NCBI GenBank assembly: GCA_017985985.1
Contig: JAGNWK010000003.1
Location: forward strand, 11,865 to 75,864
Direction: 5' to 3'
Length of the DNA: 64,000 nt
Origin: Oligoflexales bacterium
Lineage (GTDB): Bacteria > Bdellovibrionota_B > Oligoflexia > Oligoflexales > Bog-1112
Position 1 is the first letter of the stretch. Every line of letters starts with the position of its first letter. The notes beneath the pieces were generated by a model that did not search any database, was not told the origin of the DNA, and saw nothing but the letters and a program-made list of their open reading frames with translations. Both the position numbers and the translations under genes were made by a program. Positions 36,928 to 46,798 of the stretch are shown here, in pieces.

Positions 36928-37932
36928 ATGCAAGCCAAAAAAATCTTGCTGATACAGCTCCGACAGCTTGGGGATATTTTGTTAACAAGCCCTTGCATCA
37001 CTGCTTTAAAAAAGGACAACCCACAGCACCACATTGCCTTTCTCTGCCATAGGATGGGAGTACCCCTGCTGGGAGATCAACCCACATTAGACGCCCTCTA
37101 CACCTATCACGAAAAAGACAGCCTTAGACAGAAGTGGAACTTGCTACAAACCCTCCGGAGGGAACAATTCGACTACGTTTTTGATTTCATGAACAATCCA
37201 CGCAGCAGTCTCTTCGCTTGGTGGACTCGAAGCATAAACAGATACGCTTTCAGCTCAGCTCGTTCCCTAGCTTACACTCATACCATTCCCCGCAGTTCTG
37301 CCGAGAGCTATATCGTGGAGGAAAAGTTTAGCCTTCTCAGAAGTGCTCATTTTAGTGCAGGCTCCGAAGACTTGCTGTGCCCTAAGATCTCCCCTACGGA
37401 TCAAACTGCCGTCGAGACACTCCTCTCTCGTCAAGACTTCCGAGAAGCCAAGCTACGGGTCATCCTCAGCCCCACCCACAGGCGCCGAGCTAGAAGCTGG
37501 CCTCACGATAGATATCTGTCGCTAGCTGCTTATCTCCACCAAAAATGGGGAGCCTGCGTCCTTTGGGCCTGGGGCCCTGGGGAGGAGGAAGAAATCGATC
37601 AACTCATAAGCCAGTGTCAGACACCTAGTTCTAAACTCCCCCGCACATCGATTCGCGAACTCTGCGCAGTTATGCGCCACTGTGATCTCTTCATTGGGAA
37701 TTCCAACGGCCCTAGCCATCTCGCTGTAGCAAGCAGCCTCTGCTCCCTCCAACTTCATGGACCAACCAATTCCCTATCCTGGTGTCCGATGAACTCTAGA
37801 CATCAAGCTATCCAAGGCGTTAGCATGGATGCTATCTCTTTAGAACAAGTGCAAAAAAAGCTAGAAGATCCGTCTTTCCTCAGGGTCTTCTCCGAACGAG
37901 GATCGATTACAACTAGGGAGAGAAGATCCTAA
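36928..37932 (+). CDS. Glycosyltransferase family 9 (LPS heptosyltransferase-like)
   Basis: ILLIQLRQLGDILLTSPCITALKK (GT9 N-terminal signature) and C-terminal FIGNSNGPSHLA. Confidence 0.8.
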   Translation: MQAKKILLIQLRQLGDILLTSPCITALKKDNPQHHIAFLCHRMGVPLLGDQPTLDALYTYHEKDSLRQKWNLLQTLRREQFDYVFDFMNNPRSSLFAWWTRSINRYAFSSARSLAYTHTIPRSSAESYIVEEKFSLLRSAHFSAGSEDLLCPKISPTDQTAVETLLSRQDFREAKLRVILSPTHRRRARSWPHDRYLSLAAYLHQKWGACVLWAWGPGEEEEIDQLISQCQTPSSKLPRTSIRELCAVMRHCDLFIGNSNGPSHLAVASSLCSLQLHGPTNSLSWCPMNSRHQAIQGVSMDAISLEQVQKKLEDPSFLRVFSERGSITTRERRS

Positions 37933-37978
37933 GAGAAGAATCAGCTCCTCTAAGTAAAAAGGGACATTCTTCTTCGTT

Positions 37979-38008
37979 AGGGGGCACCGTAGTTTCCCCT
38001 AACCCTCC
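37979..38008. repeat. GGGGAAAC-family hairpin plus CCCTCC tail
   Basis: AGGGGGCACCGTAGTTTCCCCTAACCCTCC, 22 nt upstream of the GT-C gene ATG. Confidence 0.75.
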
Positions 38009-38029
38009 CTGCTGACACATGGAGTTCGT

Positions 38030-39727
38030 ATGAGCCGGCTCGCCTTTTTACGTCCATTTGCCATCCTTCTGGCCCCCCTCGGCTTATTCCTCATTCTCCT
38101 CCTTTATTCCCTAAGAGCTGAATCCTCTATGTATTGGCTTTTTTGCGAAGGTTCTTACTACCTCATCTCTCTGATGATGATCATCTGGGTTTATTCCTGC
38201 TATCGATGGTTTCTCCATTCCTCTTTACAACTCAAGCAAGTCCTTAAGGACAATGCCCTTATCCTTGCAGCTGCTCTAGCCTTTTCGTTCTTGATCTATT
38301 TCGCTGTTGGGCCTGGATTTAAAGTCTTAAGTGATGAGACCAATCTCATTGCTGTCTCTAAGTCGATGCTCTATGAAAAAACGGTCTACAACACAACGAT
38401 GGGGTTCTGGTACTACGACAACTTCTGGGCGATGAATAAGGAGATTCCAACCCGACCTCTGGCCTTCCCCTACCTCGTCCATCTTCTACATTGGTTATTT
38501 GGGTACTCTGTGGAGAATGCCTTTCGCGCCAACGGCATTCTCCTTTTCTTCCTTCTTGGACTGGTAGGGATGATCCTGCGCCATTTTTGGGGGAAGATAA
38601 CGGCTATCTCCGTTCTTATCTTCTTTCTTTCCCAGCCCATACTCAGCATGTGTGCTAGTTCTGGTGGGTACGACCTCTTATCCTGCTTTCTCCAAGCTCT
38701 GAGTCTAGCTCTCACCTACGATTACCTCACGAGAAAGAATGAACACTCTCTTTTCTGTCTTTGGATGAGCATGATTGTTCTTGCCCACGTCCGTTATGAA
38801 GGTTTTGTTTTTTTACCCTCTGTTTTTTTACCACTGCTTGTTTTGGGCCACTTGCGACGAGATCTTTTTAAGCCTTACCTTCCCTTCTATCTAGCAAGCC
38901 CCCTCTTGCTCGTCAGTCGCTTCTGGCAGATTCGATTAACACCAGGTAAATTTGAAAATCCTGAGGGTGTCCCTCCTGCTGGTTTTGAACACTTCCAGAC
39001 ACACGCCTATGATATGCTGCTAAGGCTTGTCGACTTCAGTTTTGAAATGCCCTTTGCTACTGTGTTGAATCTTATCTCACTCGTCAGCATCGTCTTGTTC
39101 CTGATTTTCTGGGTTCGAGGAACTCTTCGATTTGATAAAAAGGTTCAAAGAGATTTTTTCGTGGTCCTCGGTTCTCTTGTCGGCTGTGGGCTTACGGTCT
39201 ATCTCAGTCATCATTTTGGTTATTATGCTCACCCCACGCAGTCAAGACTCTTTCTGGTCTTCGTGCTGACCCTCCCTCTCCTTTTTGTTTTGATTATAAG
39301 ATCGGCCTTTCCCTCTATTCCTCCACGATGGTTTCTCTTTGGTAGCCTATTCTCTTTTCTCATTTACCACCCGATATCTTTAGAACAGAGATTTCCCAAC
39401 AAACTTATTCTTATCCGCGAAACCAATGCTGTTATGCGATTTTTAAATAAGCTGGGACACAAGAATTTTCTTCTTGTTGTAGAAAGACCTGGTCAGTACA
39501 CAGCTCAGGATGTAGGGGCAGTCGACTTCAACTGGGCTCAGTCCAACAGTGCAAGAATTATTTCTGACTTCCGTCGACACCTTTATCAAGATATTTATGT
39601 GGTGGAGAACATAAACTATGACAACCCCTACACACAGATTTTGCCCAAGGAATACACCCTTGAAAGTGTCTACGAACTCCAAAACACGGAGTCTAACTTC
39701 CTGCGTATTTCCAAGTTGGTCAAATGA
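38030..39727 (+). CDS. Polytopic GT-C-fold glycosyltransferase (ArnT/PMT, GT39/GT83-like)
   Basis: 565 aa with more than 10 predicted TM helices. The first periplasmic loop has SDETNLIAVSKSMLYE (a DE-type motif of GT-C enzymes), followed by a C-terminal soluble domain. Confidence 0.55.
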   Translation: MSRLAFLRPFAILLAPLGLFLILLLYSLRAESSMYWLFCEGSYYLISLMMIIWVYSCYRWFLHSSLQLKQVLKDNALILAAALAFSFLIYFAVGPGFKVLSDETNLIAVSKSMLYEKTVYNTTMGFWYYDNFWAMNKEIPTRPLAFPYLVHLLHWLFGYSVENAFRANGILLFFLLGLVGMILRHFWGKITAISVLIFFLSQPILSMCASSGGYDLLSCFLQALSLALTYDYLTRKNEHSLFCLWMSMIVLAHVRYEGFVFLPSVFLPLLVLGHLRRDLFKPYLPFYLASPLLLVSRFWQIRLTPGKFENPEGVPPAGFEHFQTHAYDMLLRLVDFSFEMPFATVLNLISLVSIVLFLIFWVRGTLRFDKKVQRDFFVVLGSLVGCGLTVYLSHHFGYYAHPTQSRLFLVFVLTLPLLFVLIIRSAFPSIPPRWFLFGSLFSFLIYHPISLEQRFPNKLILIRETNAVMRFLNKLGHKNFLLVVERPGQYTAQDVGAVDFNWAQSNSARIISDFRRHLYQDIYVVENINYDNPYTQILPKEYTLESVYELQNTESNFLRISKLVK

Positions 39728-39730
39728 AAT

Positions 39731-39781
39731 GTTACGCATGATATCCCCTAACATTGGCGGTCAGGGGATATCATGCGTAAC
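39731..39781. repeat. 19-bp perfect inverted repeat related to outer arms of the 7229 element
   Basis: GTTACGCATGATATCCCCT-N13-AGGGGATATCATGCGTAAC. The loop contains CATTGGCGGTCAG, also seen at 47090. It lies directly after the GT-C stop. Confidence 0.92.
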
Positions 39782-39831
39782 ATCAATTCCCTTGGTTTGA
39801 TGAGGTCAGTCGGCTGTCCATCCACAAAAGA

Positions 39832-40140
39832 TTAGGCAGCAGGAAGAGTGAGTTCCACTTTTGGGACTTCTTTAAAAAACAGATCTTTTACAAATTGCTC
39901 TTGACTGCGTATGGTCAAATCAATTTTCTGATCACCTAATTTCTCTTTGAGTATAGAAAGAAGATCGAGTTTATCGCGAAATTGAAGTGTCTCTGAAAGT
40001 AACAGAAGATCGATATCTCCCCCCTTGCTAGCAGCATCTCTGCGTGATCCATAGAGATAGATGACACAATGGGGATCCATCCTCTTGCAGGACTGAAAAA
40101 TCACTTGCTCTTCAAGCTCAGACAGCCTATGCGTTTTCAA
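39832..40140 (-). CDS. Minimal nucleotidyltransferase (MNT/MntA-like)
   Basis: IYLYGSRRDAASKGGDIDLLLL is the GS-x(n)-DxD polymerase-beta-type NTase motif. 102 aa. Confidence 0.8.
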   Translation of the reverse strand: MKTHRLSELEEQVIFQSCKRMDPHCVIYLYGSRRDAASKGGDIDLLLLSETLQFRDKLDLLSILKEKLGDQKIDLTIRSQEQFVKDLFFKEVPKVELTLPAA

Positions 40141-40570
40141 TTTTTACCTTCAAAATAAGGGGACTTAGTCTGAGCAGTTCCCTATAAAGAGTTTGGAACT
40201 CATTCACGGTATACTCATGCGCCGCTATATTACGGAGCTCACGTATTCTCTGCCATTCTTTTGCGCTATCGATCCAAGAGAACTTTTCTGCTTGGTTTAA
40301 GAGATCGATAACCGAACCTCGAAAAGCTGGATCTTTCGTCAAAATTAAACGACGGAAAACTTTTGACAAGAGAAGATCTGAAGAACGAGAGAATCTCGAA
40401 GCAAAACTCTCCCAACTTTCAAGTTGCTCTTCAGACGATTGCTCGCTGATAAAGGGCATTTTTTGAACTTTTAAAAAACTATAATTTAAGTGACGTTGAG
40501 ATTTTTCAAACTGCTCAACAAAGCTATGAAGGAGAATATCCACAGTTAAATTCCTAAAACTATTTACCAA
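40127..40570 (-). CDS. HEPN-domain protein (HepT/HI0074-like)
   Basis: RELRNIAAHEY contains the R-x4-H HEPN motif near the C-terminus. 147 aa and helical. It overlaps the downstream MNT gene by 14 nt. The track start is a TTG. Confidence 0.7.
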   Translation of the reverse strand: MVNSFRNLTVDILLHSFVEQFEKSQRHLNYSFLKVQKMPFISEQSSEEQLESWESFASRFSRSSDLLLSKVFRRLILTKDPAFRGSVIDLLNQAEKFSWIDSAKEWQRIRELRNIAAHEYTVNEFQTLYRELLRLSPLILKVKIENA

Positions 40571-40625
40571 AAAATTTCTTGTTGGATACTATCAGATCTG
40601 ACGAATAATAAAATCAGTCTCGTCA

Positions 40626-43600
40626 TTACTTTTTTGCAGCTGCAGCTTTTGCTACTGCTTTCTCTGCTGCCAACTTATCTGCTGCGGCTTTTGCATCGGC
40701 CTTAGCTGCTGCTTTCTCTGCTGCTTTATCTGCGGCCAACTTATCCGCGGCGGATTTCGCTTCAGCCTTAGCTTGGGCAGCAGCTGCTGCTTTCTCTGCC
40801 TTAGCCTTCGCTGCGGTTTCAGTCTTAGCTGCCTTCTCTGCAGCTGCTTTTTCTGCAGCTAGAGTCTTTGCTGCAGCTTTTTCTGCTTTCGCCTTCTCTG
40901 CAGCGGCTACTTTTTCTGCTTTCGCATCCGCTTTAGCTTTATCGGCTGCAGCCTGGGCTGCTGCTTTTGCTGCGGCCTTCTCTGCCTTAGCCTTCGCTGC
41001 GACTTCAGCCTTAGCAGCCTTCTCTGCAGCCGCTTTCTCCGCGGCTAGAGTCTTTGCTGCGGCTTTTTCTGCTTTGGCCTTTTCTACAGCGGCTGCTTTT
41101 GCCTCTGCCTTAATGGCTGCTGCCGCCGCTTTATCTGCCTTAGCTCTTTCTGCTTTCGTAGCCGTATCCGCTAGGACAGCTTTCTCAAGTGCAGCTTTTT
41201 CAACCACCGCTTCTACTGCAGCCTTTTCAAATGCAGCTTTTTCTGCCAACTCATCTTTAGCTTTTTTCTCAAGGGCTTCTTTATCTGCCTTTTCTGCCAA
41301 AGTCAGAACTTTATTTTCCTCTGAATCCACCTTATCTTTTTTATCATCTGTTTTAGAAATATCCTTATTATCTTTCGACTTATCAGACTTAGCATCCTCA
41401 CCTTCTTTAAGAAGGTCCTTGCTGCTCTTATCTCGTCTATTGTTTTTCATATTTTTGAGATAATTTCTGGCCTGAGCTCTTTTTGAAGAGTCAATTTTTT
41501 CTAGCTCAAGCTTAACCTGTTTAATCTGCTCTTGAATCAACGCAAGCTGGTCCTCATCATTTTTTGGTCTTTTATGAGATGTAGAATCTTTTTTATCCTT
41601 CCTCTCTTTCTTGACTCCTGATTTTCCAATAGCTTTTTGTAGACTTTTAGAAACTCGCACAAGATGAAATTTTTTCTTTTGTAATTTTTCTAAATCTAAT
41701 AAAAGATCTACCGCAGGAATATCCGAGTCATGTCTTTGATTGAGACTGACAGCTTGACCTGCTCCTTCAATCGAAAGGGAGCTGTCAGAAAGAAAGTCAT
41801 TCGATGTTGCTGTAGAAAATATTTTTTCCTCTGACCCTGCTGTTTTCATCCCCGTTTTATTCCTAGCAACTATGAAAATCAAAAAATACTGATCTGGGGC
41901 TAAATTTAATTTTACAATCACCTTAGGTGTTTTTACGGTTTGTGCTGCTTCATGTCCTGAAACAACAGCTGGTGTCGATACTTCTGAAACAGGGGTGACC
42001 GACTGTGGAGTAGTAGCAGCTGGCGTCAATATTTCCGGCACAGGAATCGAAGTGGATGGACTCGCAATCGAACTCGCAAGATCCCCTGCATTTGAGCCAG
42101 AAGAAGGCAGGACAACAGAAGGTGTATCATAGTGAACATTGAGATTTTTCGGATCCAAAACGGCCCATGAATCTCCTTGAATGGTAGGAACCACCTTATT
42201 TTCAGCAACGTTATAAGTGCCAGACAAACTGGGATCCTCACCTTGAACAATAATCGAATATTCTGTATCTAGAGGGTTTCCTCCTGTATTGATTGTGACT
42301 GCCACTTCCCCAATTTTTTCACCATCATCAATTTTTTCAATAATTGGAACGACGGCAGGGCTATAGAAAGTCGTCACTGCATAAATTTCTGGAGAGGCGA
42401 CAATCGGAGGACTAGTCGTCAATACCGCTTTCACCGCTTCTGCGGGAGCAGAAGGAATTGGCTCAGTAGAAACTGCAGAAACAGACGATGTTACCATGGT
42501 TGTGACATTTGAACTGGGATCGATAATCGATGTAGTCCCTGTGGTGGAAGAAGGTGCTGCCACATCTTCTGAACCTACAGTGGAATCGACCGTTGATGCA
42601 CTGCTTGTGACGGAAGAAGGTGTCGTTAGCTCTGTCTCACTTGAATTGACCACAGATGAACTTACAACTGCTTCAGTAGGAGAAGAAGAAGAACCAGTAC
42701 TCGTAGTTACTACTGTGCTTGAAGATCCTGCATTGGTATGGCATAGAGTGGCCGTATAAAGGGTATTTGGCTCGAGAGTATATTGTTTGTCCTTATTCAA
42801 ACTCGAAAAAGGTGAGCAATCTGTAAGAACTTTTAAGCCTGCTGAAAGATGAACTGTCAAATCAGCAGGGGAAGCAGGGGAAGTCGAAGCAAGACTACTT
42901 GAAGTCGAAGCAGCAGGGGCAGCGACAGCTAAGACAGACTTTTCTTGCGATTTAACACTGAGAGCCGTCGACACTTCGACAGAAGTCGAAACCTCAGATG
43001 AACTCGTACTCTTTGTGTCTGTAGAAACAGGAGAAGGGCTAGAGCTTAAAGAAAAGACCGAAGAAGCTAACACCTCTTTTATCAGATCCTTCGGTGAGAT
43101 CACCTCACTTTGTGGCTGCAACTTGACTACAGGCACATCGACAGGTTGTGCTAAGTCTGCCTGGATAATTTTAACCAATTCTTTTAAAGAATGTTCTATA
43201 GAATCTTCAGACACAAGTGAGCTTCTCAAATCTCCTATTGCAGATCCGTCAGGAACGGCTGCGCTTACCACCGTAGTCTGAGAATCTTCTTTTTTACTTC
43301 GAATAGGATACAGCACCTCCCCACCCTTGATCTCCATTCCTGAACTAGGAGCCACCGCGTTTAATCGAATCACCTGAAACCAACCGAATGAACGCGTTTT
43401 AAAACGAATCTTTCCCTCAGCCCATTGAGCAAGTTCCGTACCCGTGAGAGAAACAAAACCTAATTTGGTTGTGTTCTCCTTAATATCTTGAACTCTGTAC
43501 AAAACGATGTAGTGATCAAGGTTCTTGACCTCATCAGCAAGACCAAGACCTGTTACGACAGATTCATCTCCAGGGGGGGAGAGCAGCACAGTCATGGGCT

Positions 43601-44024
43601 GAGTTAAATCCACAGATGGGGTTGCCAATACAACAAGGGGAACCCCTTGAGCACCCACCGACAGCCCCGCTGATTTGAGTTCTTTTGCCAGAGAATCGAC
43701 CGGCAAAGGCTCCCCCTCAGAAAGAGCTATCGATACATTTTGTTCCTTCGGAAGCGGAATACTTGAGCGACTCAGATAGATCCCACTGCCATGAATAGAA
43801 GATCCATCTTCGGCTGGAATATAAAGTTCTCCATCCTGTGCCGTTTGCAGTTTTTTCAACTCAGCTTCCTTAGCTGCAGCTTCCTTCGACAGCTCATCTT
43901 TGACAGACTGTCTCACCGCATCAACATCCACACTTGGAGAAGAACCTGATTTTGTACACGATGACGTAAAGAGAAGACCGAGGAATAAAATCAGAAAATA
44001 AGAAGACCTCATCTCTTGCTCCAT
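40626..44024 (-). CDS. Large repetitive surface lipoprotein (Ser/Thr-rich centre, Lys/Asp-rich segment, Ala/Lys/Glu-rich C-terminal repeats)
   Basis: Lipobox LLFTSSC. Long S/T/V-rich low-complexity tracts. The C-terminal ~230 aa are AEKAAAKA/KAKAEKAAA-type repeats, with a ~95-bp DNA segment duplicated at ~40806 and ~40981. Confidence 0.75.
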   Translation of the reverse strand: MEQEMRSSYFLILFLGLLFTSSCTKSGSSPSVDVDAVRQSVKDELSKEAAAKEAELKKLQTAQDGELYIPAEDGSSIHGSGIYLSRSSIPLPKEQNVSIALSEGEPLPVDSLAKELKSAGLSVGAQGVPLVVLATPSVDLTQPMTVLLSPPGDESVVTGLGLADEVKNLDHYIVLYRVQDIKENTTKLGFVSLTGTELAQWAEGKIRFKTRSFGWFQVIRLNAVAPSSGMEIKGGEVLYPIRSKKEDSQTTVVSAAVPDGSAIGDLRSSLVSEDSIEHSLKELVKIIQADLAQPVDVPVVKLQPQSEVISPKDLIKEVLASSVFSLSSSPSPVSTDTKSTSSSEVSTSVEVSTALSVKSQEKSVLAVAAPAASTSSSLASTSPASPADLTVHLSAGLKVLTDCSPFSSLNKDKQYTLEPNTLYTATLCHTNAGSSSTVVTTSTGSSSSPTEAVVSSSVVNSSETELTTPSSVTSSASTVDSTVGSEDVAAPSSTTGTTSIIDPSSNVTTMVTSSVSAVSTEPIPSAPAEAVKAVLTTSPPIVASPEIYAVTTFYSPAVVPIIEKIDDGEKIGEVAVTINTGGNPLDTEYSIIVQGEDPSLSGTYNVAENKVVPTIQGDSWAVLDPKNLNVHYDTPSVVLPSSGSNAGDLASSIASPSTSIPVPEILTPAATTPQSVTPVSEVSTPAVVSGHEAAQTVKTPKVIVKLNLAPDQYFLIFIVARNKTGMKTAGSEEKIFSTATSNDFLSDSSLSIEGAGQAVSLNQRHDSDIPAVDLLLDLEKLQKKKFHLVRVSKSLQKAIGKSGVKKERKDKKDSTSHKRPKNDEDQLALIQEQIKQVKLELEKIDSSKRAQARNYLKNMKNNRRDKSSKDLLKEGEDAKSDKSKDNKDISKTDDKKDKVDSEENKVLTLAEKADKEALEKKAKDELAEKAAFEKAAVEAVVEKAALEKAVLADTATKAERAKADKAAAAAIKAEAKAAAVEKAKAEKAAAKTLAAEKAAAEKAAKAEVAAKAKAEKAAAKAAAQAAADKAKADAKAEKVAAAEKAKAEKAAAKTLAAEKAAAEKAAKTETAAKAKAEKAAAAAQAKAEAKSAADKLAADKAAEKAAAKADAKAAADKLAAEKAVAKAAAAKK

Positions 44025-44327
44025 AAACCCAGAGAAATTTATTCAAGATCACCACACATTTTCTATAACGACAAAAAACAGTAAAAAACTTAGTCATTTT
44101 CATAACTTTTATATAAGACACTGTTTTCAATTGAATAAAAATCGATCCTGAGCAAAAGACCACTAAATTTCGGCGATAACAATCCCCAAGATCTCTGAAA
44201 AAAAGTCTTCCAGTCTCCTTGAGATTAAGAACTGTCTCGAGCTCCAGTTTTAGCTCTTCGAGGCATAATGAGATAAAATAAGAACAGCATCTCTGCTCGA
44301 ACTCATCACAGAGGTATCGTCAACCTT

Positions 44328-45794
44328 ATGAAAGCATTCCTGCTCTTCAGAGTAGCCTTATTTATAGGCCTGTCTTACGTGGAGAGTCTTCAAGCTGCTC
44401 CTACAACGGCTCCTTTACCTGTAAAAGCAAAAGATAACCCTGTAAATTCTCAGCCACAGGCAGTTATTCCGCTCATAAATTCTCAACCTCAGACAGAGAA
44501 GCAAGTAACAAAACTACACTCCGCTCCTGTCATCTTGACTGCTACCGACCTAGATCCTGAATTAGCAAGAGAATTGCTTGTCAGAAAAGGAAAGGTTTAT
44601 CCCCTCACTACTTGCGGGCTCTTTCAAACAAGTGAAGATGGCTCAGCTATTCCGATTCCCTTTCAAATCGATGAGAAAGATGATTATGGGGACTATATTC
44701 TCGACCAGGGCAAGAACGCCAATTCAGCCTATAGCAATGGAGTTTTTGACAACTTCGATGAAATAAGCTTTATGGGTAACGATATTGGACCAAAAAAAAT
44801 TCCTACTGAGTGGATAGGAAAAAAGCCAAGTATTCTTTATGAGCTGATTTTCAAACGAGGTGACAAGGAAGGGGCTGTCTATTTTGCTGTTTTTGGAGGG
44901 AGACCACCTGTCAGTTCTAACCTCAACTATGTAAGATTTAATCTAAAAAATGCAGAGGTTGAAACATCCCGTTATCGTTACCAATTCGACGAAAACAATT
45001 ACCTCGTTGTCCGTGGCATCTCCGTAAAAGACCAAAAAGGCAGCGAAAAGAGACTGATCGATTCATCTACCTTTTATTTAAAAGCTGATTTTCAATATTT
45101 CGTGACAGTCAGCGCCAACCATCAACGCATCCAAAGTGAGCTCGACGCTTACAAGACAGGCCCTGTTCGAACTATAGCCAGAGTCAACTTTAACTTGGTT
45201 TTATTAGGCATGCAGTTTCAATTGGGGATGTACACTGAAGTTTCGTTCTTTTCCAATGCGGTCGTTCTACCTGCTATCCTCGATAATCCGATCAATGGTG
45301 AAAAAAGTCTTAATAAAAACAGTCTTTTTTACTATGGTCTTGCTACCGTCGACAATCCTGAAAAATTAAAAATAAGCTCGAATATGCCTGCTTTTAAAGA
45401 GGAAGACAGATCGTTCTTCAATATGAGCAGCATTCTAGGAAAAAAGAAATCAGACGAACTTTACTGGGTCTCAGCTCTAGCACCAGGATATATGCTCCAT
45501 TTTGAATTTAAGCCTTCTGCCGACATGATCAAAATGCAAAGTATCCCAAGATTTTATGTCGAAAACACCGCTGCAGATCAAATGGAAAAAAGGTCCAAAG
45601 GCGCTCAGCCCCTTGGCAAGAGCCCTGTAAACATGGCTCTCGGCTTTGACCTTCATCTCCTTAAAGAAGGGGTCCATCTTATTAAATTCCAACTCTTCTT
45701 TGAGAATTTTGAAGATCCAGAAACCCTCGACCAGTTCCGAAATCTTTCGGAGTGGAGACTTCGATCTAAAAAAATCGGTCCGCGAGAATTCTAA
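44328..45794 (+). CDS. Secreted hypothetical protein
   Basis: Signal peptide MKAFLLFRVALFIGLSYVESLQA. 488 aa with beta-rich-looking composition. No family recognised. Confidence 0.6.
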   Translation: MKAFLLFRVALFIGLSYVESLQAAPTTAPLPVKAKDNPVNSQPQAVIPLINSQPQTEKQVTKLHSAPVILTATDLDPELARELLVRKGKVYPLTTCGLFQTSEDGSAIPIPFQIDEKDDYGDYILDQGKNANSAYSNGVFDNFDEISFMGNDIGPKKIPTEWIGKKPSILYELIFKRGDKEGAVYFAVFGGRPPVSSNLNYVRFNLKNAEVETSRYRYQFDENNYLVVRGISVKDQKGSEKRLIDSSTFYLKADFQYFVTVSANHQRIQSELDAYKTGPVRTIARVNFNLVLLGMQFQLGMYTEVSFFSNAVVLPAILDNPINGEKSLNKNSLFYYGLATVDNPEKLKISSNMPAFKEEDRSFFNMSSILGKKKSDELYWVSALAPGYMLHFEFKPSADMIKMQSIPRFYVENTAADQMEKRSKGAQPLGKSPVNMALGFDLHLLKEGVHLIKFQLFFENFEDPETLDQFRNLSEWRLRSKKIGPREF

Positions 45795-45823
45795 AGGCAA
45801 AAATCTTTTTTTGCCTTTAGAAT
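45788..45823 (+). terminator. 16-bp-stem hairpin spanning the stop codon of the 488-aa gene
   Basis: ATTCTAAAGGCAAAAA-TC-TTTTTTTGCCTTTAGAAT. The stem is A/T-run rich and there is no separate downstream T tract. Confidence 0.5.
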
Positions 45824-45870
45824 TTAGCTATGCTCGTTCCCTGTGCGCCTCAAATTTCGAAAGGCAGGGA

Positions 45871-46773
45871 ATGATCGAGAACGAGCCCCAAGAAGAACCA
45901 CCCTTCAAACCTGAACTTGAACACCAAGATCTGCCGATGCTGGTCTGGCTTAGGGGTGACGAGCCCCACTATGAAGACTTCACTCTGCATGCTGACCAAG
46001 TCATGCAAAAACTAGGTATCAGACGCTCACGACTTAACCAAATATCTGGCCGAGAACTCCGGGTTGGAAAAGCTCGCATCGAAGGCTACCTGCGACCTAT
46101 CTACCGACCTGATGATGTCGAACGCTATCTCGAATGGGTGCGACCCTCAAGCTCTCACAAAAAATCGTCAGACATTCTCGAGCAGGCCCGTGAAAAACTC
46201 GAAAAAGAAAGTGAAAAAATCGCCGACGAGTTCAGCCTGCAAACCGATGAAATCGTCCGCCGATTTCAAATCATTTGGCAAGACTATTTCTCCACGGCGA
46301 GGAGAGATTTCACACAAACTTGGGAGACTGGACAAGATCAAGTTATTGATAAACTTCTCAAGCTCGAGCTCGACTCCGCCCTGTTCTCCAAAATGCTACG
46401 ACAAATCAAACAGTCCGAACGTGAGCAGATGGAAGAGATCCAGAAACTAAAGAAAGAAGTACAATTTCTACGAGAAGCTCTCTGTGAAGTCCTCTCGGTA
46501 GTTCAGTCCTTGCCAAAACAGATGAGTGGTATCGTCTCCGAAATACAAACTCAGCGCCAAGAAGCCAACAACATGAAATCTGAGCTCCAAGGTTGCCTAC
46601 TTCTCCTAGAAGAAGCTAAGTTAGCGGGACAAGAAAAGAGGAAGTTAGACTTAGAGGAAGCCCTCTTGTACCAGATGGAAAAAGAAAAAGATGAAAAAAC
46701 CCATCAAAAAAAGTATAGCCTAGGAGGATTTTACCGAAGGGTGATACGTCCGGGCCTTCCCAAAATAGGCTAG
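45871..46773 (+). CDS. Hypothetical coiled-coil protein with possible N-terminal HTH
   Basis: ATG 45871 is preceded by AAGGCAGGGA. The track start 45646 would overlap the upstream gene and the hairpin. QVMQKLGIRRSRLNQIS is HTH-like, followed by a long heptad-like E/K/Q-rich region. Confidence 0.6.
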   Translation: MIENEPQEEPPFKPELEHQDLPMLVWLRGDEPHYEDFTLHADQVMQKLGIRRSRLNQISGRELRVGKARIEGYLRPIYRPDDVERYLEWVRPSSSHKKSSDILEQAREKLEKESEKIADEFSLQTDEIVRRFQIIWQDYFSTARRDFTQTWETGQDQVIDKLLKLELDSALFSKMLRQIKQSEREQMEEIQKLKKEVQFLREALCEVLSVVQSLPKQMSGIVSEIQTQRQEANNMKSELQGCLLLLEEAKLAGQEKRKLDLEEALLYQMEKEKDEKTHQKKYSLGGFYRRVIRPGLPKIG

Positions 46774-46798
46774 TTGGTTCCCCTATCAGGGAAAGCCC

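Noticed and set aside
45646-45870. Upstream extension of the coiled-coil protein (track start 45646)
   Set aside because: It would overlap the last 149 nt of the preceding gene and read through its 16-bp-stem hairpin. ATG 45871 has an AG-rich RBS and gives a sensible N-terminus.
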